A stretch of 62,176 nt of DNA, from sequence record SRR2962707_5378, one strand, 5' to 3'. The notes under the pieces were generated by a model, which was not told where the DNA came from, did not search any database, and saw only the letters and a program-made list of their open reading frames with translations. The position numbers and the translations under genes are program-made. Shown piece by piece: positions 30,512 to 40,069 of the stretch (within the stretch, counting starts at the first letter, position 1; each line of letters starts with the position of its first letter).

Positions 30512-32263
30512 TTACTGGGCTGGTTCGAGCTGGTGCAGCACGTATCCGAACTGCCCAGAAGTGTACCAGAAGGCCGGCTGCATGTAGGGATTGTCCTCGG
30601 ACGGCCAGTTGGTCCAGTAGGTCTGGTTCATCGGAATGCGATGATACCATTCCTGGATCGGGGCCTCGACTGCGTCAGCCATCCAGATTTCCATGGCTTC
30701 GGTCACAGCGACAACGAGTTCCGGATCGCCCGGCTCTAGAGCCGCAATTTTTGCCACAGCTGCATCGAAATCTTCGTTGCACCAGCGGTCCAGGTAAAGG
30801 GTCGGCTGGCCCTCCGGCAGTGCATTGGCGCAGGTGTACATTTCTAGCGTCGCATAGGGGTCGAAGATCGAACCACGGTGACCGAACAAGGAGAGGTCAA
30901 ACTTGCCATCCCGCATGATAGCCCGGCTTTCAGGCGTTGAGCGGAACTGGACGTCGATGCCCGCACGGCGCAGCTGTTCCGCTACAACAGGCCCGACTGC
31001 GTCGAGCACCGAGATGGTCTCGATCGTGGCGGATAGAACGGTCCCGTCCTTGGCCCAGAAACCATCTGCGTTTTTCTCGTAACCAGCCTCCTGCATCAAA
31101 GCATCGCCGGACATCGGGTCGTAAACGCCGATTCCATACTCCTTTGCCGCAGGCTGGGCGGCAGCGATGAACGGCTCGAGGGCGCCAAAACCCGGCCAAG
31201 GGGTGTTCGTTGCCTGACTCGCGCCACCGTAGACGACATCAATGAGCTGCTGTCGGTCGATGTAGTTGTTGACGGCACGACGAACGCGCACGTCCTGCCA
31301 TTTGGGATTGAGGTGGTTGAAGTAGAGCGAAGTGGGCCACCAGTCCTTGGAGCCGAATGGCGCTTCACTACCCGTGTACGAGCGGATCGCGGGGTTGCGC
31401 TCGATGATCTGACTGATGACGCTAGCGACCTGGATGTCACCGGTGATGTCGACCTGATTTGCCCCTATCAGCTGGGCCATCCGGTCACGCGTACCCCCAG
31501 GCACGGCGATGATCCGGTCCATGGCGGGCTCGTCAACGAACCCAGTTTCGACGCCCCAGTAACCCTCGCGCTTGTCGATGAAGACTTGCTGATCTGTGAA
31601 CCGAACAAGCTTCCATGGACTCGTGGTAACGGGCCAGCCCTTCTCGAGGTCGAAATTCGTAAAGGCGGCCTTGTCATCAACACCGGACCAAATGTGCTCA
31701 GGCACGATCTGCAGACCGATGTCGAAGTAGTTGATCATGAACTTGAAGGCGAAGCGCGGGTCGGGCTTCGTCAGCACGAAGCGAACGGTGCGTTCGTCAA
31801 CAGCCTCGACCGATGCGAGCGCTGCTGCGACGTCGGCGGCACGGACGAGATCCTTGGCTCCGTTGCCATTCTCGATCAGCATCGCATAGGTGAAGACGAC
31901 GTCGTTGGCGTCAAACGTTTCGCCATCCGACCAGGCCACGCCGTCGCGCAGCGTCAGAGTCACCTCGCTGAAGTCCTCATTGTAGGTGTAGGACTCCGCC
32001 AGCCAGGGGATCAGCTCATCCTTGTTCGAATTGTAGTAGAACAGGGGCTCGAACATGTTGATGATCGATCCACGCATGTCCTCATTATTGATCGAGTACG
32101 GATTGGCCTGACCCACGTTGCGGTACACTGGTGCTTCTGCCTGATGCAGGATGACCAAGGTGTCCTCGCGCGGCACCTCTGGCACGTTTTGCGCGAGCGC
32201 CGCCGAGCTCAAGACGGCAAGGCCTACGCCCGCCATAAGCAGTTTCGTGACATTCTTTTTCAT
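30512..32263 (-). CDS. ABC substrate-binding protein family 5 (carbohydrate-binding-like clade)
   Basis: Signal peptide, VPREDTL, EPLFYYN, PWLAES, LRDGVAWSDG, YWTNWPS.DNPY. Confidence 0.9.
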   Translation of the reverse strand: MKKNVTKLLMAGVGLAVLSSAALAQNVPEVPREDTLVILHQAEAPVYRNVGQANPYSINNEDMRGSIINMFEPLFYYNSNKDELIPWLAESYTYNEDFSEVTLTLRDGVAWSDGETFDANDVVFTYAMLIENGNGAKDLVRAADVAAALASVEAVDERTVRFVLTKPDPRFAFKFMINYFDIGLQIVPEHIWSGVDDKAAFTNFDLEKGWPVTTSPWKLVRFTDQQVFIDKREGYWGVETGFVDEPAMDRIIAVPGGTRDRMAQLIGANQVDITGDIQVASVISQIIERNPAIRSYTGSEAPFGSKDWWPTSLYFNHLNPKWQDVRVRRAVNNYIDRQQLIDVVYGGASQATNTPWPGFGALEPFIAAAQPAAKEYGIGVYDPMSGDALMQEAGYEKNADGFWAKDGTVLSATIETISVLDAVGPVVAEQLRRAGIDVQFRSTPESRAIMRDGKFDLSLFGHRGSIFDPYATLEMYTCANALPEGQPTLYLDRWCNEDFDAAVAKIAALEPGDPELVVAVTEAMEIWMADAVEAPIQEWYHRIPMNQTYWTNWPSEDNPYMQPAFWYTSGQFGYVLHQLEPAQ

Positions 32264-32278
32264 TTAGTCTCCTCCTCC

Positions 32279-33193
32279 TCAGGAACTGTGAAACTGCGGT
32301 TCCACTGCGGAACCGGTTTCGGTCTGCGATTTGCTGATGTCGAGTTTTGGAAATGCGCCATCGGTCGAGTTGCGGGCAATGTGCGCGCCACCCGTCACGT
32401 GCAGTGTCGCCCCGGAGACATAACCAGCCTCCCTCGCAAGCAGCATCAGCACTGGTGCCACCAAATCGGCTGGCAGACCGGCACGCCCCACTGCACTTGA
32501 ACGTGCGGACGTGGCCGCCCAACTAAGAGCATCGGTTCTTCTGAAGGCGTTGCGGTCCGTGGCAATAAGGCCCGGCGCGACATTGTTGGCGGTAATGCCG
32601 TGACCACCCAACTGCAGCGCCAAGTTCTCGATGAAGTTGCGCAGACCCGCTTTGCATAGTGCGTAGATTGGCATCTCAGCGGACGGCGCGCGTTCCTGCA
32701 CGCTTCCAATGCTTAGAATTCGGCCGAATCCTGCCCTTGCCATCTGCGGCACGAGGCCTTGCACCAGTTCGATGTTGGCATAAAGGTTGATGCGAAACTG
32801 GCACTCGATATCCTCGCCGGTCTGGCGAAGAACATCCTTATGGATCTGGCGAGAAGCCGACAGTATGACAGTGTCTACTGCGCCCAAAGCCAATGCCTTC
32901 TGGGCAAGCCGCTGGCCACCACCCTCTATAGAGAGATCCTCCTCGACGAGGTCCGCAGACCCTCCGCTTGTCAGGATTAACTTGCGAAGCGTCTCCGCTG
33001 CGTCTGCACTGCCGGTTGCTAGATCAGCCGCGGCTGAAAAATGAATGATGACATGGGCGCCGGAACTACCCAAAACTTTGGCGAGCTCGGCAGCGATGCC
33101 CCGGCTGGCGCCGGTAACAAGAATGCGGCGTCCGACGAAGTCGTATGAAAGGTCAGTTGCATGCATTGAGGCTGCTTCCGTGTTCTCACGCAT
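32279..33193 (-). CDS. SDR oxidoreductase
   Basis: VTGASRGIA, YALCK (YxxxK), NNVAPG.I.T. Confidence 0.9.
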   Translation of the reverse strand: MRENTEAASMHATDLSYDFVGRRILVTGASRGIAAELAKVLGSSGAHVIIHFSAAADLATGSADAAETLRKLILTSGGSADLVEEDLSIEGGGQRLAQKALALGAVDTVILSASRQIHKDVLRQTGEDIECQFRINLYANIELVQGLVPQMARAGFGRILSIGSVQERAPSAEMPIYALCKAGLRNFIENLALQLGGHGITANNVAPGLIATDRNAFRRTDALSWAATSARSSAVGRAGLPADLVAPVLMLLAREAGYVSGATLHVTGGAHIARNSTDGAFPKLDISKSQTETGSAVEPQFHSS

Positions 33194-34355
33194 CGGGTCC
33201 GGCTCCCGCTATGCCTGCGAAGCTCAGGACCGAGTCACCGCGCCAAGGCTCGAGAGCGTTGAGCGCCTCGTCGCTTGGAGTGCAGCCATGACCGGCAGAG
33301 CTGGAGACAACGACCCTGCCGTCCTCGAGTTGAACGGCATCCCCACCGAGGACGCCAAAAAGCGGCGTCTCCTCGACTTGACGCTCCAAAATAAGGAACT
33401 CTGGCATGGCAGCAGCAACAGATTGGCTGACCGCATCAAGCACCGGTCCAACTGGATTGTGCAGGCTGACGCCGACACCGTGCGCCGCCGCCAGCCGCAG
33501 AATAGCCATTCCATTCAGCAAACCGGTGTGGCGCAGATCTGGCAAGAACACGTCGTAGTAACCGGCTTCGATGAGCTGGCGGGATTCCACAAGCGTCGTT
33601 AAATTTTCTGCGCCGGCGAGGCGCACGCCTTTTGCATTTGCATGGCTCCGCAAATGGCGCATTGCCGGGACTGGACAACCTTGCTCGTTGACAGGCTCCT
33701 CCAGCCAGTAGATCGCATGTTCGGCTAGGGCATCCACCAGACGACAAGCACCGGCAACATCGAACCTGGCGTGACAGTCCACAAGGATGTCGATGTTGGA
33801 TCCGACGGCGTCGCGAACAGCACTAACGCGCTCAACACCCCTCTCGATAAGTGCGTTTTGATCCACGCCGCCTGCACCCCATCTTACACCGTCAAAGGGG
33901 GCAATTTTGATTGCACGGTAGCCATGGCTTGATGTGACGGTTCGAGCTTGGGACGCGAAACCTTGAGGGCTGCGATCAGCGATGCCGCGATTGATATTGG
34001 CGTAAGTGGCAATGTCGGTCCGATGCGGTCCGCCCAGTAAAGTGGCCAGATTGACCCCGGCATTGCGGGATACGGCATCATGGAGCGCTTGCTCCAGACC
34101 CGCACGAACAGCGCGCATCGCTGACCCGTCCTGGCGCCCAGCGATCAATGCCATTGCCTGGCCGTGCACATTGGGGCATTCGGCTTTGATGCGCTGAGCC
34201 AGTTCGCCAAGAATACCGACGACGGCGTGCTCCTGACCAAAGGCGGTGGCCTCACCCCAGCCACGGGCGCCACTTTCCAACGCAACGCTCAAGAATATCC
34301 AAGTGGTTTTGGCCGATACCGGCACGACATTCCACTGCAGCGAAACAAGCCGCAC
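33186..34355 (-). CDS. Enolase superfamily (mandelate racemase subgroup) acid-sugar dehydratase, DgoD-like
   Basis: W.F..V....G..GWGE, KIAPFD, LVDCH, WLEEP, GAEN, HNP.GP; GTG start with GGAGGG RBS. Confidence 0.85.
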   Translation of the reverse strand: MRLVSLQWNVVPVSAKTTWIFLSVALESGARGWGEATAFGQEHAVVGILGELAQRIKAECPNVHGQAMALIAGRQDGSAMRAVRAGLEQALHDAVSRNAGVNLATLLGGPHRTDIATYANINRGIADRSPQGFASQARTVTSSHGYRAIKIAPFDGVRWGAGGVDQNALIERGVERVSAVRDAVGSNIDILVDCHARFDVAGACRLVDALAEHAIYWLEEPVNEQGCPVPAMRHLRSHANAKGVRLAGAENLTTLVESRQLIEAGYYDVFLPDLRHTGLLNGMAILRLAAAHGVGVSLHNPVGPVLDAVSQSVAAAMPEFLILERQVEETPLFGVLGGDAVQLEDGRVVVSSSAGHGCTPSDEALNALEPWRGDSVLSFAGIAGAGPDA

Positions 34356-34398
34356 AAACCCCTCCATGCTGGAAACTTCACGCTTCCATTTCATTGTT

Positions 34399-34415
34399 GT
34401 TCCATATGTTGGAAC
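34399..34415. promoter_or_regulatory. Probable IclR-type operator in divergent promoter
   Basis: GTTCCA-N5-TGGAAC palindrome between the dehydratase and the IclR fusion. Confidence 0.65.
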
Positions 34416-34482
34416 TTTGTGATGTTGTGTCAACATGAATTTCATATCTTGAGCTTTGAGGCGCATTGCAGCATGTTGAGGC

Positions 34483-36153
34483 ATGGAACTTGATCGCGAC
34501 GACACAGACGAAGAAGCCAATATTCCCGGCGCTCAGGCGCTGCTGCGAGGGTTGGACGTGCTGATGGCAATCGGCATGTCTGCACGACCCATGCGATTTA
34601 GAGAGATCCAGGAAGAGGTCGGGCTGCCCAAGGGCACGCTTCACCGCCTACTAGCTGCGCTGCAGCAACGGCGGATTATTCGTTATGACGACCGGACCAG
34701 ACGTTACCATGTTGGTTCGCGGGTCTTCGATCTCGCTCGCAGAACGATTGATCAGTCGAGCCTGATTCGGGCCACAAAGCCTGAAATAGTACGCCTTGCG
34801 CGCATCCTGTCTCGTCCCGTCTGCCTCTATGTTCCGGATGGTTCAGACTTGTTCGTGCTGGACTTTGAGGACCCTGATGCCGCTCAAAGCCGCATGGTAC
34901 GTGTCTGGCCGCGCGCGAGAATGACGAACAGCGCAGCGGGCCAGTCCATGCTGGCTGCGATGCCACCAGAGGACCGCCAGCAATATCTAGACGGCTCGGA
35001 ACTCGATCTGGGTATGACCCAAGCGCTGGGCTATGCTATCGGGACCGACCAGAACGTCGAGAAACGCTATGCGATCGCGACGGCAGTTCTCGATGAGGCT
35101 GGGTATCCGGTCGCCGCAATTTGCTGCATGCTCGATCTAGGCCCGGATCGCGCAGAACAGTTGCACGAGATCGGCAGACTGGTGCGCGAAGGCGGCCTCA
35201 GGGCTTCGGGTAATCTTCCTATCGCAGGTTATGCGCCCGACGCATTGGCAGCGGCTCCCGTGCCAGCCACGCGTGAGATCATCAATCTTGGGACGGGGCG
35301 GGACTACGTCGGTGAGAACCCAATCTGGTTGGGCGACAGAAACGCGCTGGCCTGGCTGGACGTCCTAGCACCGGCTCTTCGGATTCTCGATTTTGATACA
35401 GGGAAAGTTCAGCGCATTCCCCTGCCGGAGATCACTGGCGGCCTCGCCCGTGACAGCCAAGGCAAGTTTGTGCTGCTCGGGCAGAAAGGTATTTTCCGCT
35501 ATGATCCCGAGTCGGGCAGCCACAGCCTGCTGCTGCACCCGGAAGCTGGCTCGCCGGACAATCGATTCAACAGCGCCGCTGTTGCCCCGGACGGCTCCCT
35601 CTGGGCCGGCACCATGGCGATCAACCACAGCCCCGGCAAAGGCCACTTGTACAAAATAGGTGATGACCTGTCCGTGGTCCGCACAGACGCCAAACTAGGG
35701 CTAGCTAAGAACGCGGCGTGGTCTCCAGATGGTAGTCTTCTTTACATCGGTGATGGCGCCAGTGGCGCTGTCATGGTCTACGAATGCGACCTCTTTACCG
35801 CCCGACTTGGAGCTGGCAAGCCCCTCATTCAGGGAGCTTCCGACAAAGGTGTACCAAACGGAATCGCCGTCGATTGCGAAGGCTGCATCTGGGTGGCAAT
35901 GCTCGGGGGCTGGACGATCAACAGGTATGCGCCTGACGGCCGGATGCTCGAAAGCGTAGCACTTCCGACTCCCATGCCGATCAATCTATGCTTCGGCGGC
36001 AAGGACCTGCGCAGTCTCTTCGTGACCAGCAGCTATCTTCGCCTTCCCCCAGGATTCTCGACACTCGCGCCAGCTTCCGGGAATGTGTTTCGGGTGGAGG
36101 TCGATGTTCCCGGTCTGCCAATGCCGCGTTTCGGCGAGCAACTAAACCGATGA
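34483..36153 (+). CDS. IclR regulator fused to SMP-30/gluconolactonase domain (degenerate active site)
   Basis: AQALLRGLDVL, GLPKGTLHRLL HTH; GENPIW, RFN, WSPDG, P.GIAVD.EG.IW, CFGGKDLRSLFVTS. Confidence 0.88.
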   Translation: MELDRDDTDEEANIPGAQALLRGLDVLMAIGMSARPMRFREIQEEVGLPKGTLHRLLAALQQRRIIRYDDRTRRYHVGSRVFDLARRTIDQSSLIRATKPEIVRLARILSRPVCLYVPDGSDLFVLDFEDPDAAQSRMVRVWPRARMTNSAAGQSMLAAMPPEDRQQYLDGSELDLGMTQALGYAIGTDQNVEKRYAIATAVLDEAGYPVAAICCMLDLGPDRAEQLHEIGRLVREGGLRASGNLPIAGYAPDALAAAPVPATREIINLGTGRDYVGENPIWLGDRNALAWLDVLAPALRILDFDTGKVQRIPLPEITGGLARDSQGKFVLLGQKGIFRYDPESGSHSLLLHPEAGSPDNRFNSAAVAPDGSLWAGTMAINHSPGKGHLYKIGDDLSVVRTDAKLGLAKNAAWSPDGSLLYIGDGASGAVMVYECDLFTARLGAGKPLIQGASDKGVPNGIAVDCEGCIWVAMLGGWTINRYAPDGRMLESVALPTPMPINLCFGGKDLRSLFVTSSYLRLPPGFSTLAPASGNVFRVEVDVPGLPMPRFGEQLNR

Positions 36154-37031
36154 CCCCCATGTTCAGACCGTTGTCCAAAACCAAGGCCATAACCGGCGAA
36201 AGTCCCGTGTGGGACGATCGCCGTCATTGCGTGTGGTGGATAGACATACAAGGACAAAGGCTGATTGCCACGACGATCCAGGGCCAGGACACCAGCGACT
36301 TTCCGCTTCCAAGCATGCCGGGTTTTGTTGCCCTTGCAGAGGATGACAGGCTAGTGATCGGTCTCGAGGACGGCCTCTGGTCTATTGTTCCGGAACGAAG
36401 AAACTTCCGAAAGCTCGCCGATTTTCCGGTTGCAGATGCTCGCCTTAGGGCAAACGACGGAAAACCCGATACGTTAGGCAACCTGTATTTCGGCGTCATG
36501 GACAAAACAGGGGGTGGCGAACCGATTGGCGCCATCTTGCGCTACAATTCGCAGTCCGGAATTCAGAAGCTCTTTGACCAAATGGTGACACCGAATGCCA
36601 TCTGCCCGGCACATGACGGTACCGGACTCTTCTTCGCCGACACCGCTGATCGCTCGCTGGCCTTTGCGTCCATCGATGCAGCGACCGGAGATGTAATCGA
36701 CACACGGACTATCGGGGAATTCGCGTCCGACGAATTGCCAGATGGGATGGTGGTCGACGCCTCTGGAAATCTCTGGCTCGCGCAGATTGGCAAAGGGCGA
36801 GTGGTCCACTTAGACAAAACAGGAACAGTGTTGGGCTACCTTGATACGCCTGTCACGCGCCCGACGATGCCCGCTTTCGCTGGTCCCGAGCTCGATCGCA
36901 TGGTCTTGACCAGCCAACGTCGGTTTCTTGGTTTTGCCCAGCTGACGGACCAGCCCACCGCTGGGCAGCTTCTTATCTGCAATTCCAGCGCCAAAGGTTT
37001 TCCCGCCAATAGAGTTCGCCTGCTGCCATGA
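36150..37031 (+). CDS. SMP-30/gluconolactonase family lactonase
   Basis: GESPVWD, RANDG, TPNA, LPDG all present; ATGA-coupled to the fusion gene. Confidence 0.9.
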   Translation: MTPMFRPLSKTKAITGESPVWDDRRHCVWWIDIQGQRLIATTIQGQDTSDFPLPSMPGFVALAEDDRLVIGLEDGLWSIVPERRNFRKLADFPVADARLRANDGKPDTLGNLYFGVMDKTGGGEPIGAILRYNSQSGIQKLFDQMVTPNAICPAHDGTGLFFADTADRSLAFASIDAATGDVIDTRTIGEFASDELPDGMVVDASGNLWLAQIGKGRVVHLDKTGTVLGYLDTPVTRPTMPAFAGPELDRMVLTSQRRFLGFAQLTDQPTAGQLLICNSSAKGFPANRVRLLP

Positions 37032-37897
37032 ACACGAGCGTCGTAGCAGATGTTTCCGCGATCACCGGGAAGGCACCGATATGGGATGACCGGCGTAACG
37101 TCGTCTGGTGGGTCGACATTCAATCGCAACGCCTGCTCGCCACGGATTTGATCGGCAGCACAGAATCCATCTCAACTCCCTCCCAACCCGGAATGATTGC
37201 CCTGGCCCAGTCAGGAGCGTTAGTACTGGGGCTGGAAGACGGATTATGGTTGTATTCACCCGAAGTCGCCAGATGGGCTCACATTGCTCAGGTGGAGGCC
37301 GATCGACCAACCGTTCGCCTCAATGATGGCAAAGTGGACGGGTCTGGGCGTCTGTGGTTTGGCTCCATGGACATGAGCGGGACCGGTCAAGCGATCGGGC
37401 GGCTCTATTGCCGGGCTCTGTCAGGAGAGATTTCAGTCGTTCGGGAAGGAATCAAGACGCCCAATGCAATTGTTCCTAGCAATGATGGAGTCGGAATATG
37501 GTTCACTGACAGTCCGACGCGAGTTGTTCAATTCGCGGCCTTCCAGGGAGAGAGCACCGCCAACCTGAATTGGGAAACGGTTGCTGAACTTCCCTTCGGG
37601 ATGACGCCAGACGGTGCCTGTGAAGACAGCCAGGGGCGCCTGTGGCTCAGCACAGTGGGTCAGGGATTGGTCATCTGTCTTGGCAGGGACGGGTCGACAG
37701 CTGCCACCCATCAATTGCCAACATCGCGACTTACGATGACGGCCTTTGGCGGCAAAAGTTTGGATCGGCTATACGTGACCTCGCAGCGTCGTTTTCTTGA
37801 CGCCGATCAACTCGCAGCGCAACCTGCGGGCGGAGCTCTCATGTGCCTACATCCCGGCGTCGTTGGCACACCGGTCTGGCGTATTCCTGACCTCTGA
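37028..37897 (+). CDS. SMP-30/gluconolactonase family protein
   Basis: GKAPIWD, RLNDG, TPNA, TPDG; paralog of upstream gene (shared TSQRRFL). Confidence 0.88.
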   Translation: MNTSVVADVSAITGKAPIWDDRRNVVWWVDIQSQRLLATDLIGSTESISTPSQPGMIALAQSGALVLGLEDGLWLYSPEVARWAHIAQVEADRPTVRLNDGKVDGSGRLWFGSMDMSGTGQAIGRLYCRALSGEISVVREGIKTPNAIVPSNDGVGIWFTDSPTRVVQFAAFQGESTANLNWETVAELPFGMTPDGACEDSQGRLWLSTVGQGLVICLGRDGSTAATHQLPTSRLTMTAFGGKSLDRLYVTSQRRFLDADQLAAQPAGGALMCLHPGVVGTPVWRIPDL

Positions 37898-37899
37898 CT

Positions 37900-38196
37900 T
37901 CAAGCTTGCCCTGGGTCCTGGCGCCAGAAAAGCACCGTCTTGTTCACCACCATCGGCGCCACCTCTCCATCAAACGCGAGAAAATGCGCGGAGCTAAGAT
38001 GAGCGTCAAAGGCCTCTCGATCTTCATAGAGCTCGTAGAGAAACACGCGGGCTGACAGGTCATCAGCTACCAGAACGTCGAACCTATGGCAAAGCGGCTC
38101 AAGTGTGAGACTGTCTTTTGCCTGCTTTCTGACACGGCTCACAAAAGTCTTGAAGGCAGTCGGTTCGATCTCGAAGGTCACAGCTACGCAAAACAA
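37900..38196 (-). CDS. ABM-fold protein (LsrG/putative quinol monooxygenase-like)
   Basis: EP.C.RFDV, FLYELY.D..AF.AHL.S.HF. Confidence 0.8.
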   Translation of the reverse strand: MFCVAVTFEIEPTAFKTFVSRVRKQAKDSLTLEPLCHRFDVLVADDLSARVFLYELYEDREAFDAHLSSAHFLAFDGEVAPMVVNKTVLFWRQDPGQA

Positions 38197-38198
38197 TC

Positions 38199-38831
38199 TC
38201 AGCCTCCAAAGCGGCGGTTCAACTCAATGACCTGCTCATGCGTAAGCAAGCGCAATCTTTCGCCACGAAGCATCAGCATCAGCTTGGCCGTCTCTTCGAG
38301 TTCTTCGATGGCGTATTGGGCGGTGCGAAGGTCTTTGCCCGCCACAACCGGCCCATGGTTGGCCAGAAGTACGGCGTGATGTCTGGCCGCGACAGCCGCC
38401 ACCGCCGTTCCCAACTGCTCGTCGCCGGGAGGATAGTAAGGAATGAGCCGCAGTTTGCCCACGCGCATGACGGCATATGCCGTCAGCGGTGGCAGAACGT
38501 CTTCAGGATCGATATCCTCCAGAATGCTGACAGCAACGGCGTGACTTGAATGCAGGTGCACCACCGCCTCTGCGTCTTTCCGGGAGCTGTACATGGCGGT
38601 GTGCAGGAACACTTCCTTGGTCGGCTTTGGTCCATCAACCCAGCTTCCATCAGCGTTGAGCACGCAGAGCTGTGCGGGGTCCAGATCGCCCATTGACACA
38701 TTGGTCGGTGTGACCAGCCAGCCACCACCGGGAAGCCTCGCGGAAATGTTGCCCGAAGAGCCAAAAGTCAGCCCGCGAGCGAACAACGAATGCCCGATCC
38801 GACAGAGGTCTTCTCGCAGCGCCGACGTCAT
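38199..38831 (-). CDS. otnC: 3-oxo-tetronate 4-phosphate decarboxylase (class II aldolase family)
   Basis: GS.GNISAR, KPTKE.FLH..MY, VVHLHS, LLANHGPVV, EELEETAKL; adjacent to otnK. Confidence 0.82.
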   Translation of the reverse strand: MTSALREDLCRIGHSLFARGLTFGSSGNISARLPGGGWLVTPTNVSMGDLDPAQLCVLNADGSWVDGPKPTKEVFLHTAMYSSRKDAEAVVHLHSSHAVAVSILEDIDPEDVLPPLTAYAVMRVGKLRLIPYYPPGDEQLGTAVAAVAARHHAVLLANHGPVVAGKDLRTAQYAIEELEETAKLMLMLRGERLRLLTHEQVIELNRRFGG

Positions 38832-40069
38832 GCTGGTGCCATCTCCAGGCGTTTGAGCGCATCAGCGAAGAAGTCGTCGCCGCCAAAGTTTCCTGACTTG
38901 AGGGCCAGTCGAGTGGTACCGCTCGCCATCCACGGCACGCCCGCCGCGATCTCCGGGCCGACGATCATGGTTTTGGCCCCCAGTGCCTGCGCGACGGCTC
39001 CGGAAGTCTCACCACCAGCCACCACGAATGTGTCAAACCCTCGTTTCAGCGCGTGCCTGGCAAGGCAGCCAAAAAAAAGTTCCACTCGCTCTCCTGCAGC
39101 CCCTCGACCGTAGCGTTGCTGCATTTGAGCGACCTCTTCGGGAGTTGTGGTTGAATATACGAGCGGCGCTTCGCCTGAAGCGTTCAGACGCTCCACAATA
39201 CTCTGGGCAAGAGCCTCCGGTTCGTCCATTTCCGCCGGAGAGACTTTGGTTACGGGCCGTCCCGATTCGATAGCGCGCTGAACCTGCCGTTGGGTCTGAT
39301 GGGAGGCCGAGCCGGAAAGCAGCAGCGCACGGGGGGGTGTTTGCACGCTGCTCCATTCCAGCTCCGACGAGATCGTGGCCATACCGGCGATTGCAGCGCC
39401 CATTGCCGAACCGCCGGATGCTAACCGCATTACGGGCAAGCTGTCAGCCAGCCGAGCCATCTCGAAGTTATTGGTCGCATCACAAATGAACACGGTCCCA
39501 GGCGCAGCGGCACCGAACTTGGCAACGACCGCATCAGATCCTGCTTCAATGTCATCGACGCTGATCAGCTCGACAGGTGCATGGCGCTGCCGGGCGAGGA
39601 CACGCACGAGGTCGGGATCGGTCATCGGCGTCAATGGGTGGGTCGCCAATGAGCTCTCGGAAAGCAGTCTACCATTGACGAATAGGTGCCCCAGGAACAC
39701 CCTACGGCCATTTTCCGGAAAAGCCGGTGCCGCAATCGTGCGATCCACGTCCAGCTCGGCCATCAGGGCGTCGAGCACCGGGCCTATATTGCCCTTGTCG
39801 GTGGAATCGAAAGTCGAACAATATTTGAAGTAGATCGATTCCGAGCCGTGACTGCCTACCAGAAAGCGGCAGGCCTCAACCGACAGCTCCACTGCGTCGT
39901 CAGCCGCGATGGTCCGCGACTTGAGAGCCACAACATGTGCATCGCCCAATTCTACATCCGTGTCAGGCACGCCATCGGATAGGCTAACACGCCAACCGCG
40001 TCGGGAGAGCATTGCCGCCAGGTCCGTAGCACCTGTGAAATCGTCAGCGATACAACCTACTCGCTTCAT
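38828..40069 (-). CDS. otnK: 3-oxo-tetronate kinase (DUF1537 four-carbon acid sugar kinase)
   Basis: GCIADDFTGATD, ALKSRT, FKYCSTFDST.KGNIGPV, VAGGETSGAV, LKSGNFG.DDFF. Confidence 0.85.
   Translation of the reverse strand: MKRVGCIADDFTGATDLAAMLSRRGWRVSLSDGVPDTDVELGDAHVVALKSRTIAADDAVELSVEACRFLVGSHGSESIYFKYCSTFDSTDKGNIGPVLDALMAELDVDRTIAAPAFPENGRRVFLGHLFVNGRLLSESSLATHPLTPMTDPDLVRVLARQRHAPVELISVDDIEAGSDAVVAKFGAAAPGTVFICDATNNFEMARLADSLPVMRLASGGSAMGAAIAGMATISSELEWSSVQTPPRALLLSGSASHQTQRQVQRAIESGRPVTKVSPAEMDEPEALAQSIVERLNASGEAPLVYSTTTPEEVAQMQQRYGRGAAGERVELFFGCLARHALKRGFDTFVVAGGETSGAVAQALGAKTMIVGPEIAAGVPWMASGTTRLALKSGNFGGDDFFADALKRLEMAPA

Noticed and set aside
31313-32500. Long antisense ORFs (also 50458-51402, 16525-17259, 24524-25369, 9961-10743)
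   Set aside because: Shadow frames opposite well-supported genes in GC-rich DNA; no motifs
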